Shown: positions 8,812 to 17,509 of the stretch, one piece after another
How the letters are laid out: the number at the start of each line of letters is the position of its first letter
Position numbering within the stretch: the stretch's first letter is position 1
The notes under the pieces: generated by a model
The model's input: the letters and a program-made list of their open reading frames with translations, nothing else
The model's database searches: none
What the model was told of the DNA's origin: nothing
Made by a program: the position numbers and the translations under genes
DNA from: an uncultured Gemmatimonadales bacterium
Lineage (GTDB): Bacteria; Gemmatimonadota; Gemmatimonadetes; Longimicrobiales; RSA9
Reading direction: 5' to 3'
Assembly (NCBI GenBank): GCA_963783305.1
Contig: CAWAMW010000010.1
Coordinates: 1 to 17,509, forward strand
DNA: 17,509 bases

Positions 8812-9468
8812 TCAGCGAAGACGGCGGGCAGGAACTCCGGCCACAATTGTATCGGCGGGAACATCTTTCACGACGACGGCGCCTGCCCCCACCAAGCAGC
8901 GAGGGCCCACCTTGCGCCCCTCCAGGACGACCGCGCCCGCCCCCACCCAGGTGCCGTTTCCAACAGTGGCCCCGCCAGCCAGTACCGCCCCCGGCGATAT
9001 GTGGGTGAATTCCCCGACCATGCAGTCGTGTTCCACGATGGCCCCACTGTTCAGTATGGCGCCGGCTCCGACCGTCGCGCCGGCGTTCACAACGACGGTC
9101 GCGAACACCACGGTGCCCGGCCCGAGAGCGGCCGAAGGACTGACAACGGCCACGGGGTGGACCAGCGCCTCGGACAGCCATTCGCCTACACTGGCCGCCG
9201 CTTGCTGCCGCGCCTCGTTGTCCCCGACTGCAATCACTACGGCAGTGGCGCCCTCCGGGAGGGCGGTCCCCGCGAGGCGCAGCTCCGTTAGCTGCGCCTC
9301 GCTCACAACCACCCGGGCACCGCCGGGCTCCACCACCCGCCCCTGCTTTGCGGGGTCTCGATCGACGAGTCCGACGACATCAATGCCGCAACTCCGGGCG
9401 AGGTCGGCGACTACCTTGCCGTGACCTCCTGCCCCCCAGATCAACAGCCGATCAGCTCTGATTGCCAC
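8812..9468 (-). CDS. NeuD/PglD/EpsM-like sugar N-acetyltransferase
   Basis: LLIWGAGGHGKVVAD, IAVGDNEAR, LVHPVAVVSP, hexapeptide repeats, IVEHDC and VAGVPAR. GTG start with GGAG at 9476-9479; overlaps the upstream gene's stop. Confidence 0.92.
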   Translation of the reverse strand: MAIRADRLLIWGAGGHGKVVADLARSCGIDVVGLVDRDPAKQGRVVEPGGARVVVSEAQLTELRLAGTALPEGATAVVIAVGDNEARQQAAASVGEWLSEALVHPVAVVSPSAALGPGTVVFATVVVNAGATVGAGAILNSGAIVEHDCMVGEFTHISPGAVLAGGATVGNGTWVGAGAVVLEGRKVGPRCLVGAGAVVVKDVPADTIVAGVPARRLR

Positions 9469-10054
9469 GAAACTTCTCCATGGTCACCTGGCCCGGCTGC
9501 GAGATCCCCTCCCGCGCCACAACCTTCTTCAGCGTCAGCGCCAGGATCTTTAGATCGAGAGCCAGTGACTGGTTCTCCACGTATTCGATATCCAGTGCGA
9601 ACTTCTCCTGCCACGAGAGTGCATTGCGGCCCCGCGCTTGTGCCAGTCCGGTGATCCCCGGCCTCACCTCATGGCGTCTGCGCTGCTCCTCGTTGTACAG
9701 CGGCAGGTATTCCATGAGCAGCGGCCGTGGTCCGACCAGGCTCATGTCGCCGCGGAGCACGTTCCAGAGCGTCGGAAGCTCATCCAATGAAGTGCTCCGC
9801 AGGAACCGGCCCAGCCGGGTCATGCGTTCCGAATCCGGCAACGGACGGCCGACCGGACCGGTGTCATTCCGCATGGTGCGGAACTTCAGCAGGGTGAATG
9901 GCTGTTCGCGGAGCCCTGGCCGCACCTGCCGGAACAGCACTGGGGTGCCCAGTCCGGCACGGACGGCGAGGGCCGTCACAGCGATCATCGGGAGGAACAG
10001 CACGAGGCCTGCCCATGCAACGACAATGTCAAGCAGGCGCTTCCACCAGGTCAT
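9452..10054 (-). CDS. Monotopic phosphoglycosyl transferase (Bac_transf; PglC/EpsL-like initiating transferase)
   Basis: KRLLD, PVLFRQVRPG, KFRTM, FLRSTSLDELP, GDMSLVGPRP, VRPGITGLAQ and WQEKFALDIEYV. ATG at 10054 overlaps the upstream TGA (TGATG). Confidence 0.95.
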   Translation of the reverse strand: MTWWKRLLDIVVAWAGLVLFLPMIAVTALAVRAGLGTPVLFRQVRPGLREQPFTLLKFRTMRNDTGPVGRPLPDSERMTRLGRFLRSTSLDELPTLWNVLRGDMSLVGPRPLLMEYLPLYNEEQRRRHEVRPGITGLAQARGRNALSWQEKFALDIEYVENQSLALDLKILALTLKKVVAREGISQPGQVTMEKFRGNQS

Positions 10055-12188
10055 CAGGTACCCGATCCGGACCGCGCTCGCTCCGCAGCCTGAATACCCC
10101 AGCGGGACACTTCCTCGAGCTCCGCCAGGGGAATCGGCGGCCGTCCTCCGGTCCGTACCGCCTCCATCCACGCCTTGACCTCGGCCGCATGGCCCTTGTC
10201 CATTCGCGGCAGCCTCCGGAAAAGGGGACCAGGAACGCCGTAACAATGCAGCCGGCGCCAGTTGTCGATCCCCACAGTCTTGCCGTCCCAGAAGCACTCG
10301 ATCCGTTCCTTCGGAAACCCGCCGGCGCCATTCGCCAGGTAGTGGATCGCGGCAGTGGAGCCATCGTCGAAGGAGACGGTCAGGTGTGCGGTGTCCTCGA
10401 TCGGGCGGCCACCGGAGTCCCGCGCGGTGACAACGTCGATCTTATCGATCGGAGCCGCAACAAGCGACCTCGCCAGATCAATCCAGTGAACGGCCTCACC
10501 GACGATCCGCCCTCCGCCCACCGTCGGGTCCTGCGTCCAGTGATCGCGCGGGATTGCGCCGGCATTGATGGTCGCGATGATGGCCAGCGGGCCGGCCCGC
10601 CCCCCGAGGTGGTTCCGGACGGTCGCCGTGAGGGGGCGAACCGCCGGTTGAACCCGACCATCAGGTGGCGGTCTGCGGCACGGGCGGCATTCAGCTACGG
10701 CATCTAGATCGTGTTCGGAGAGAGCCAGGGGCTTCTCGACGAATACATGTTTACCCGCCTCGAGAGCTCGGATGGCAAGCCGCGCATGGCTGTCGTGCCG
10801 GGTAAGCACGAAAACGGTGCCCACCTCGGGGTCGCCGAGCAGGTCATCCAGATCGGTCGTGGTGCGCTCGAAGTCGAACTGCCGACCCGCGATGGCTCCA
10901 CTGGTCCCGCCGCCCGAGGCGATGACTCTGAAACGCGCACCTGCCTCCTTCAGCGCGGGCAGCAAGGTACGGACCGCGAAGTTCCCCGCACCGATCACCC
11001 CGACGCCGTTTCCCTCCGCGGGGCGAGCATCTGGGGCACGCAACTCCAGCGTCCGTGATCTCTCGAGGGGGGACGCTCCCTCGCCGCCATACTCGAGAAC
11101 AACGGCGAGACTCGGCTCCGACCCGCCGGTGATGAGGTCATAGGCCCGAGGGGCCTCCTCAAACGGAAACCGGTGCGTGATTAGGGGCGCCGGATCGAGA
11201 CTCCCGCCCGCCATAAGGCCAAGAACCGCCTGGAAGTTCCGCTGCTCCGTCCACCGGACGAACGGCAGCGGGTAGTCGCGGGCGTGGTCCTCGTAGTCAG
11301 GGTCGTAACGGCCGGGGCCGTAGCTGCAGGAGACAGCGAAGGAGAGCTCCTTCTGATAGAAGTCGTCTCTCACCAGCTCGAGACCGGACACACCGACAAG
11401 GACCAACCGGCCGCGCTTGCGACTCATTGCCGCCGCCTGCCGGACGGGCTCGTCGGAAGACGATGAGAGTGTCAGGAGGACCGCGTCGGCGCCCACCCCC
11501 CCAGTCAGCGCCACCACCTGGTCGGGCACGTCCGCGCTCGCCTCCATGGGCGTGGCGCCGAAGCCGCTCCGCGAGCGCAAGCCGGTCCGAGTCCAGGTCG
11601 ATGCCCAGTACTCGGCAGCCGTTGGCGCGCAGCAGCTGGACGGTGAGGAGCCCGATCAGCCCGAGCCCTGAAACGACCACCGTCTCGCCGAGTGTCGGCT
11701 CGGCCAGCCGGATTCCCTGCAGCCCGATAGCGGCCAGCGGTGTGAATGCCGCGTGCTCGAACGGCACCCCATCAGGGATCTTCGCGGCGAGCGTATGGGG
11801 CACGCGCACGAACTCGGCATGGGGACCGTTGGTCACCACCCGATCCCCAGGGCCGAAGCCGCCGGTTACGAGGACCAGTGTCCGCGATGATGCCCGCCTG
11901 GCAATAGCCGAGCGGAATCGGCGCGGACAGCTTCGCACGGACCGCATCGAGGGTCGGGCCGACGCCCTCCGTGCGGATCTTCTCCGCCACCTGCCGCACC
12001 TTCTCCGGCTGACTGCGGGCCTTCTCCAGAAGGTTGGCTCGACCGAAGTCGACCAGCATCCGCTCGGTCCCGGCCGATATGACCGTGGCGCGGGTCTCCA
12101 CGAGGAGGTTGGGCCCGGACACACCGGGGACCGGCACGTCCGCCAGCGAGGTCTCGCCGGAATCCAGTCGCTGAAGCAGTTGTTTCAT
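10054..12188 (-). CDS. Bi-domain oxidoreductase (MDR/zinc-ADH-like N-domain fused to Gfo/Idh/MocA C-domain), about four apparent frameshifts
   Basis: MKQLLQ...ISAGTERM...PIPLGY, GDRVVTNGPHAE, GLGLIG, SCSYGPGRYDPDYE, RWTEQRN, GVIGAGNF, HVFVEKP, MVGFNRRFAP and GGGRIVGEAVHWID. Frame changes at ~11870 and ~11564, plus a compensating pair at 10689 and 10632-10636. Confidence 0.9.
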
Positions 12189-14068
12189 CTATTCGCGGGT
12201 TTGGACGCCGCGGCAGAGGCGTCTGGGCTGCCGAGTTCCGTCTCGACGACCCTGCCGCCACTGGCGTCGAGAACCAGGAATCTCGTGGGCATGCGCACTC
12301 CATAGCAAGGCGAAAACCAGCCACGTACGTCGCCCTCCCGGCCATGAGCCACGCCTGCGGGCGGCTTTGTCCGAACCGTCTCTGGTGAGGCATCGGGATG
12401 AAGCGTCCATGTGACCTCCATCCGGCCAGCCGCTGGGTCCAGAGCTCGATCTTCTATCCGCACCCGCCCTGGGTGTACATGCACGGTGCGCCGCACCCGC
12501 TTCGGCACCTCAGCCACGAGACGGACGCCCTCGCACGTCTCTTCGGCCGTTGACAGCCTGCTTTCAGGCCAGGCGTACCACAGGAAACGGGGGCCCCGGA
12601 TGCCGGGCTCGCGGCCGCCTACTAGCGGTCCGTTGTGGACACGAGCCGTCGCCAACCCGTTCCGCCAGCAATCCGAGGCGTTATACGCGTATGTTCCGGG
12701 ATCCACGATCAGCTCCTGGCCGCCCATTCGGACGTCGATGTGGAGCGGATCGAGGTGGCCAGGACGGGACCTGTAGTGGCCCGCGCGGAGGAATACGAAG
12801 GTGCCGGCCAAACGAACCGCCGCCCAGCCGGACTCGCCTTTCTGCACGCCGTCCTGCCGAGCGGGTGCACGGGAAGGCCGTCTGTTGTTCAACCAGGCCA
12901 GCGGCTCCAGATCCGGCTCGACATCGGCCGGCAACGGGTGACCCCAAAGAGCGCACGCCGCTGTCAAGACGGGTCGGAAATCACGATAGCCGCCCAGCGT
13001 TACCGGGTGTACGTACGCCCCGTCATTGGGTCCGTGATTCGGCACGTGCCCGGTCTTCGAATCGAGAACAGCGAGCAGCAGGCTACAGGCTGCCCGGAGC
13101 CGCGCCCGCGCCGCCGGCGACAGCCGGCGGCCCGTCGAGCGGAGCACCCGCTCCGCCAGGACCAGCTGGTCGAGTGCCAACCGGTGGTAGGTAAAAGAAT
13201 GCTGAATGTACCAGCCGTCCACCGCGAACTGCTCGCAGACGAGCCGGTCGACCAACCGGTGTCCTCGCTCCAGCCACTCGCCCGCCTCCGGGTGGCGTCC
13301 TTCGAACCGGCTGCCGAGTAGCACGAGCCCCACCGCCTCCGAGAGCCCGTGGTTGTTCCTCTGCGACACCGCATAGCCTATGGCATCGGCGACCCGCTCC
13401 CCTGAGGCGGCCAGGACGGCGACGAGCCGGGACATGGCGTCTGACGTGCTCGATGGCGCATCCGCCAGGTTCGCTTCCGCATACAGCAGCGCAGCGGCCC
13501 GGATCGAGGTCTCCTGTCCACATGACCAGTGCGGGCCACGGAATGGCGGGCTCGACGCGACGAAATCACGCAACCGGCTGTGGAAGAACGCCGCATACTG
13601 ATCGTCCCCCGTCAGGAGCCACGCACGCACGAGGTCGTATGCCCAGGCGAAGCGAGCGGGCTCCCACAGATCCTTGATGTCCCCTGCACCCGCTGCCAGG
13701 TGGACGACGCGCCACCAGGGTAGGTCGGCGCTCTGGCGTCGTCCTGTGGCGGGATGAATTAGCCACTCGTCCGGGCTCTGTGGAAGGGCCCTCCATTCCC
13801 AGCGGAACGCCTGGTGTCCCCCCCCGATCACGCGGTCGCCGCGCCCGATTGCGGCGGAATAATCCGTGGATTCCAGGAGCCGATCGGCGGCGACCCGGAA
13901 CGGGTGGCGACCGGGCGGCATCGGATCGTGAACCGAGTAGCGGGGAACGGCACGGAACCGGCCCGTGGCCCGCCGGAACTCGTGGATGGCGCGAAGACTT
14001 AGTCCACGGGAGCCGAACGTCCGATAGACCGTCGCCGCCGCTCGCGGCCACTCTAGGGGGGAGAGCAT
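12185..14068 (-). CDS. Heparinase II/III-like protein (alginate lyase-like N-domain)
   Basis: DIKDLWEPARFAW, SQRNNHGLSEA, YIQHSFTYH, NHGPNDG, RPGHLDPLH, IVDPGTYAY and ARVHN. ATG at 14068 overlaps the upstream TGA; its own TGA overlaps the oxidoreductase ATG (ATGA). Confidence 0.85.
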   Translation of the reverse strand: MLSPLEWPRAAATVYRTFGSRGLSLRAIHEFRRATGRFRAVPRYSVHDPMPPGRHPFRVAADRLLESTDYSAAIGRGDRVIGGGHQAFRWEWRALPQSPDEWLIHPATGRRQSADLPWWRVVHLAAGAGDIKDLWEPARFAWAYDLVRAWLLTGDDQYAAFFHSRLRDFVASSPPFRGPHWSCGQETSIRAAALLYAEANLADAPSSTSDAMSRLVAVLAASGERVADAIGYAVSQRNNHGLSEAVGLVLLGSRFEGRHPEAGEWLERGHRLVDRLVCEQFAVDGWYIQHSFTYHRLALDQLVLAERVLRSTGRRLSPAARARLRAACSLLLAVLDSKTGHVPNHGPNDGAYVHPVTLGGYRDFRPVLTAACALWGHPLPADVEPDLEPLAWLNNRRPSRAPARQDGVQKGESGWAAVRLAGTFVFLRAGHYRSRPGHLDPLHIDVRMGGQELIVDPGTYAYNASDCWRNGLATARVHNGPLVGGREPGIRGPRFLWYAWPESRLSTAEETCEGVRLVAEVPKRVRRTVHVHPGRVRIEDRALDPAAGRMEVTWTLHPDASPETVRTKPPAGVAHGREGDVRGWFSPCYGVRMPTRFLVLDASGGRVVETELGSPDASAAASKPANR

Positions 14069-15279
14069 CAGCGTACGAGCACGTCCCGGAGCGCCTCGTC
14101 GAGTCGCTTGGCGAGTACCGGCCGACCGTGCTCCCTCGTCACCCACTCTCGGGCCGACATCCCCATGGCCCGGCGTTCGGATTCGGACCGGTCGGCAAGC
14201 CGGATCACCGCGTCGGCCAGCGACCGCGAAGATCCGGGCTCGGCCAGTTCACCGGCGTCGGCCTCCGACACCATCCGCCGCACCGCCCCCGCCACGTTGC
14301 ACACGATCGGCAGACGCGCCGCCATGTAGTCGAACAGCTTGTTTGGGCTCACGCCGAAGGCGAAAAGCGGCGTGTCTCTTAGCACCATGAGACCGGCGTG
14401 CGCTTCCGACAACACCATTGGGATCTCCGACTTCGGGACCGGATCTCGAAACTCGACATTGGACACTCCAAGCCGCTCGACGCGCCGAATAAGCGCTTCC
14501 TTCGCGGGGCCATCGCCCATGAGCCGGAATCGGATCTCCGGGCGTTCGCCCGACAGTATGCGGGCAGCCTCAACTACAGCGTCCAGACCGTTCGCTGGAC
14601 CGTGAGCGCCGGTGTAGGCCACGATGAACACATTTTCAGGACTCCGATCCCGATCCGGAAACGCCTCAGTATCCACGCCGTTCGGGATGTACACGAGCTT
14701 CCGAGCCTCGACACCTCGCTCCTCCCGAAGATAGGCACCGGTGCCTTCTGCAAGCGTGATGATTCGATCGGCACGCCGATAGAGCCATTGGGCCAGCAGA
14801 TCCAACACCATGTAGACCGGCCCCTTCCTTCCACCGGCCGCCACCATACTCTCCGGCCACAGGTCGCGAACCTCGAGCAGGAAAGGAACGCCCCAGCGGG
14901 CCGCAAGACGAGCCCCAGCTGCCGCGGCAAACAGGTGCGGCGTCGAGCCGATCACTAGATCCGGTCGCTCGTCGCCAGGCGTGAGGCGCGTGAGTGACCG
15001 GGCAAACGTGATCCAGTTCCGGGCTCGGCGCCAGTCGTTGTTCTGATACGGGGCCGACCATAGCCAGGCGAATTCGACGTCGTCGACCCGCTCCGTGATC
15101 AGACGCCGGTCAGAGGCATCCGCGCGCCGGGTATACGAGCGCTGGTGCAGGTGAAAGTCCGATGCCGCTATCTGGACGGCCCAGCCACGGCCCGCCAGTT
15201 GTTGACCAAGCTCGAAGTGGCGCGTGCCCCCCCCTTGACCGGGTGTTACTGCGAAATGATTAATCCAGAGTAGTCTCAG
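14068..15279 (-). CDS. Glycosyltransferase family 4 (WbuB/CapM-like)
   Basis: RLLWINHF...GGGTRH, LEVRDLWPES, YIPNGVD, AYTGAHGPANGLD, LMGDGPAKE and SPNKLFDYMAARLP. Start inferred at CTG 15279 behind AGGAGG; the ORF is open to 15348. Confidence 0.92.
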   Translation of the reverse strand: MRLLWINHFAVTPGQGGGTRHFELGQQLAGRGWAVQIAASDFHLHQRSYTRRADASDRRLITERVDDVEFAWLWSAPYQNNDWRRARNWITFARSLTRLTPGDERPDLVIGSTPHLFAAAAGARLAARWGVPFLLEVRDLWPESMVAAGGRKGPVYMVLDLLAQWLYRRADRIITLAEGTGAYLREERGVEARKLVYIPNGVDTEAFPDRDRSPENVFIVAYTGAHGPANGLDAVVEAARILSGERPEIRFRLMGDGPAKEALIRRVERLGVSNVEFRDPVPKSEIPMVLSEAHAGLMVLRDTPLFAFGVSPNKLFDYMAARLPIVCNVAGAVRRMVSEADAGELAEPGSSRSLADAVIRLADRSESERRAMGMSAREWVTREHGRPVLAKRLDEALRDVLVR

Positions 15280-15285
15280 AACATG

Positions 15286-15291
15286 CCTCCT
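15286..15291 (-). promoter_or_regulatory. Shine-Dalgarno site of the GT4 gene
   Basis: Perfect AGGAGG on the minus strand, 6 nt upstream of the in-frame CTG at 15279. Confidence 0.6.
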
Positions 15292-15458
15292 ATCTACCCA
15301 CCCAAGCCGGCCCAACCAGGCTACGCATCTGCAACTCCGAAGTCCCATCCACCATCACTGAAGACGCCGTTGAAGAAACGCCTCTGCCGGCATGGGTCGA
15401 CTCTACCACCTGACAGTGGGCCATGGACCTGCGGCTCCTCGGCAACGCACGCTGTGTG

Positions 15459-16580
15459 TCATTTCAAAATGCGGCGGAGCCATCGCCGCGCTATTGAGCT
15501 TCCGGCCTTTCGACGACGCGCCGTGAACTCCTCGTAGTGATTGGGATACACGTACTGCTGACGCCTCATGTACTCGATGAAGAAAGCGAGGGCGATCGCG
15601 AGCGGCAGCCCCAGTGCGGCCCCGTATACCGCCCCCAGCAGCGGACGCGGCCGCGAGACCAGGGACCCTCGAGGCGGGTCGATGATGGTGATCACCGGCG
15701 TGTCCCGGATCTCATCGAGTCGGGCCTGCTCGTACGCCTGAGCCATCGAGGCGTACAGATCCTGTTGGAGCTGGACGCGACGGACCAGTCGTCCATGCTC
15801 AAAGACCAGTTGCGGTGACGTCTCGAAGCTGCGGTTGCTCTCCAGGAAGGCGCGAAGCTCCGCCTCCGCATCCATCAACGTGCGCTCCGCTTCCGCGCGC
15901 CGCTCCTCCGCGAAACGCCGCTCCGCTTCGGCCCGAGACTGCCGCTTCTCGAGGTTGAACTCCGCCACCAGATCCAGAATCCGTCCATTGATCGCGGTGG
16001 CAAGTTGTTGCGACCCCGCGCGAACGCTTATCGTGATCAGGTCTGCGTCCGGGTCCGTGCTCACGGACATATTCTCTTGCAGCTTCGCCGCCGCGGCCGA
16101 GGCTCGGAGATCGGGGGGACCGTCCGGAATCTCGTAGACCTCGGCGAGCGTCTGTTCCTCGGCGGCGTCTTCCAGGCCGACGGTGTACGTGGTGGTGGCA
16201 ACCGCCGTCCGCAGCTCTCTAGAGGTGACCAGTTCCCGGTAGAAGGCCACCGACTGGCCGCCGCCGGTGCTGATCCCAGCCACTCCGAACTGAGCCGCCA
16301 TGCCGGCAAGGCGTGACTGGGCGGCGTTCTCCTGGTTCGGGAGGAATGAGGACCGGGCCGAATAGGCCACCGGTCGGGTCGCCCCCCAGATCACGCCGCC
16401 CACGATCGCGACAGCGAGCGTGATACCCACCAGCGTGTTGTGCCGGAGGAGGACGTTGAGCAGCGCGAACGGGGATATTCCGGTCCCCTGATCCTGCGGC
16501 TGTGAGGCGCCGCTCCACTCGTCGGTACTGCCCTCGGAGGCCTGCACCACCAGGCCAGCCTCCTCTGTGCCACCCGTCAC
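15459..16580 (-). CDS. Polysaccharide co-polymerase / chain-length determinant (Wzz/GumC-like, no kinase domain)
   Basis: N-terminal TM segment followed by PVAYSARSSFLP and LAGMAAQFG; coiled-coil central region; ITIIDPP...RPRP then a C-terminal TM segment. Start is GTG 16580 or TTG 16586 behind AAGGAGAGGAG. Confidence 0.85.
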   Translation of the reverse strand: MTGGTEEAGLVVQASEGSTDEWSGASQPQDQGTGISPFALLNVLLRHNTLVGITLAVAIVGGVIWGATRPVAYSARSSFLPNQENAAQSRLAGMAAQFGVAGISTGGGQSVAFYRELVTSRELRTAVATTTYTVGLEDAAEEQTLAEVYEIPDGPPDLRASAAAAKLQENMSVSTDPDADLITISVRAGSQQLATAINGRILDLVAEFNLEKRQSRAEAERRFAEERRAEAERTLMDAEAELRAFLESNRSFETSPQLVFEHGRLVRRVQLQQDLYASMAQAYEQARLDEIRDTPVITIIDPPRGSLVSRPRPLLGAVYGAALGLPLAIALAFFIEYMRRQQYVYPNHYEEFTARRRKAGSSIARRWLRRILK

Positions 16581-16582
16581 GG

Positions 16583-17080
16583 TCAACTCCTCTCCTTGAC
16601 GACTCTGGCGGGGACTCCCCCGACCACGGTATAGGGGGCCACATCCCTGGTCACGACACTTCCCGCGGCCACTACCGCACCCTCCCCGATTGTGACCCCG
16701 GGGAGAATCATGGCTCGACCTCCGATCCAAACATCGTCGCCGATGAGGACGGGAGCGAACTCGTGCCCTGCTCCAAAGATCCGGCCGCGGCCCCCCGGGA
16801 TCCGGTGGTTGCCCGACAGGATCTGGGCCCCGTAGCCAATCAGTGTGCGATGGCCGATCCGAACACCCCCGCCCGTTGTCACCAGGACCCCCAGGGCGAA
16901 GTCCACATCGTCCCCGACGACCAGGTTCCGACCCGGCGCGATCCACACCCCCGGATAATACACGACCCGGCGGCCCACACGCGCACCCATAGCTTTCAAG
17001 AACAGCGATTTCGCGCCGTTCGTGATCCGGAAGCGCGGCAGGGCGAAGAGCAGCCGCATCACAGTCTCGTACCAGACCAC
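16583..17080 (-). CDS. Hexapeptide-repeat O-acyltransferase (maltose/galactoside acetyltransferase, WcaF-like)
   Basis: MGARVG, NLVVGDDV, ILSGNH, PVLIGDDVWIGGRAMILPGVTIGEGAVVAAGSVVTRDV and VGGVPAR. The true start may be GTG 17133 (GGAGG upstream, GTGA overlap) with a frameshift near 17100. Confidence 0.88.
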   Translation of the reverse strand: MVWYETVMRLLFALPRFRITNGAKSLFLKAMGARVGRRVVYYPGVWIAPGRNLVVGDDVDFALGVLVTTGGGVRIGHRTLIGYGAQILSGNHRIPGGRGRIFGAGHEFAPVLIGDDVWIGGRAMILPGVTIGEGAVVAAGSVVTRDVAPYTVVGGVPARVVKERS

Positions 17081-17129
17081 CAGCGCGTAGTGAAGCCGCT
17101 AATGCCCCCCATGAAACGGCGCTGCTGCG

Positions 17130-17509
17130 TCACACCTGCCCTCCGGAGGCCCCGACCTGCTCCCCAAATCGCTCGAGCGCCGCAACGTAGTCCCTGAACT
17201 TCTGCTCCGCCGATGGATGCCTCACCAGCCGCGCCTCTCCCGCCGCTGTCAAGGCGCACACCGATTCCGAACTCTCGCCCGCCGAGCGCGAGGGCCGCAC
17301 CGACCGCCTCCGGATCATCCCGATCCACGTACAGCTCGCGGCTGGACCGCAGATATCCCTCGACCATTTGGCATCGGTTATCACGAGCGGCCGTCTCATG
17401 GCCCACGCTTCCACGATGTTGTTGCTGAAACTCTCCAGGACGCTCAAGAGAAGGACGGCATTCGTCGCCCGGTAGAGCTCGGCGACCCCCTCACTGGGAA
17501 CCCGGCCGA
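17130..17509 (-). CDS. C-terminal part of a GT4 glycosyltransferase (5' end outside the window)
   Basis: GRVPSEGVAELYRATNAVLLLSVLESFSNNIVEAWAMRRPLVITD contains the EX7E motif. EICGxAA-like DICGPAA is followed by LYVDRDDPEAV in an alternative frame, indicating a compensated frameshift pair at ~17337 and ~17250-17290. Confidence 0.8.
   Translation of the reverse strand, partial: GRVPSEGVAELYRATNAVLLLSVLESFSNNIVEAWAMRRPLVITDAKWSRDICGPAASCTWIGMIRRRSVRPSRSAGESSESVCALTAAGEARLVRHPSAEQKFRDYVAALERFGEQVGASGGQV

Noticed and set aside
10055..10297. N-terminal extension of the sugar transferase ORF
   Set aside because: It overlaps the oxidoreductase C-terminus. The TGATG overlap and KRLLD motif place the start at 10054.
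16587..16946. N-terminal extension of the 495-aa Wzz-like ORF
   Set aside because: It overlaps the acyltransferase in another frame and is low-complexity. A strong SD supports a start at 16580 or 16586.
1..17509. Mobile elements, CRISPR arrays, tRNA/rRNA genes, tandem repeats
   Set aside because: I saw no transposase or integrase motifs, terminal repeats, regularly spaced repeats or structural RNA signatures. Short or divergent elements could have been missed without computation.

Overview
GC-rich bacterial DNA that is almost entirely a Wzx-type surface polysaccharide (EPS/capsule) locus. The organism is probably Gemmatimonadota, inferred from the lineage-style SecA N-terminus. Right block (minus strand, 17509->7648): partial GT4, hexapeptide O-acyltransferase, Wzz/GumC-like co-polymerase, GT4, heparinase II/III-like protein, bi-domain oxidoreductase, and a PglC/PglD/PglE-like trio. 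Left block (6300->113): Wzx flippase, sulfotransferase-like protein and SAM methyltransferase (all minus), ExoM-like GT2 (+), WecB/TagA/CpsF GT (-) and GT4 (+). A decayed 5' fragment of secA (7404->6920) separates the two blocks. It has an in-frame TAG and breaks off immediately before the Walker A motif. About a dozen frameshifts, mostly single-base and some in compensating pairs, interrupt otherwise intact genes and most likely reflect long-read indel errors. No RNA genes, CRISPR arrays, transposases or integrases were recognised. Best leads: the secA scar, a possibly sulfated and O-methylated polysaccharide, and the coupled GT4/heparinase-like/oxidoreductase module. All family calls come from motif recognition by eye; no searches were run.
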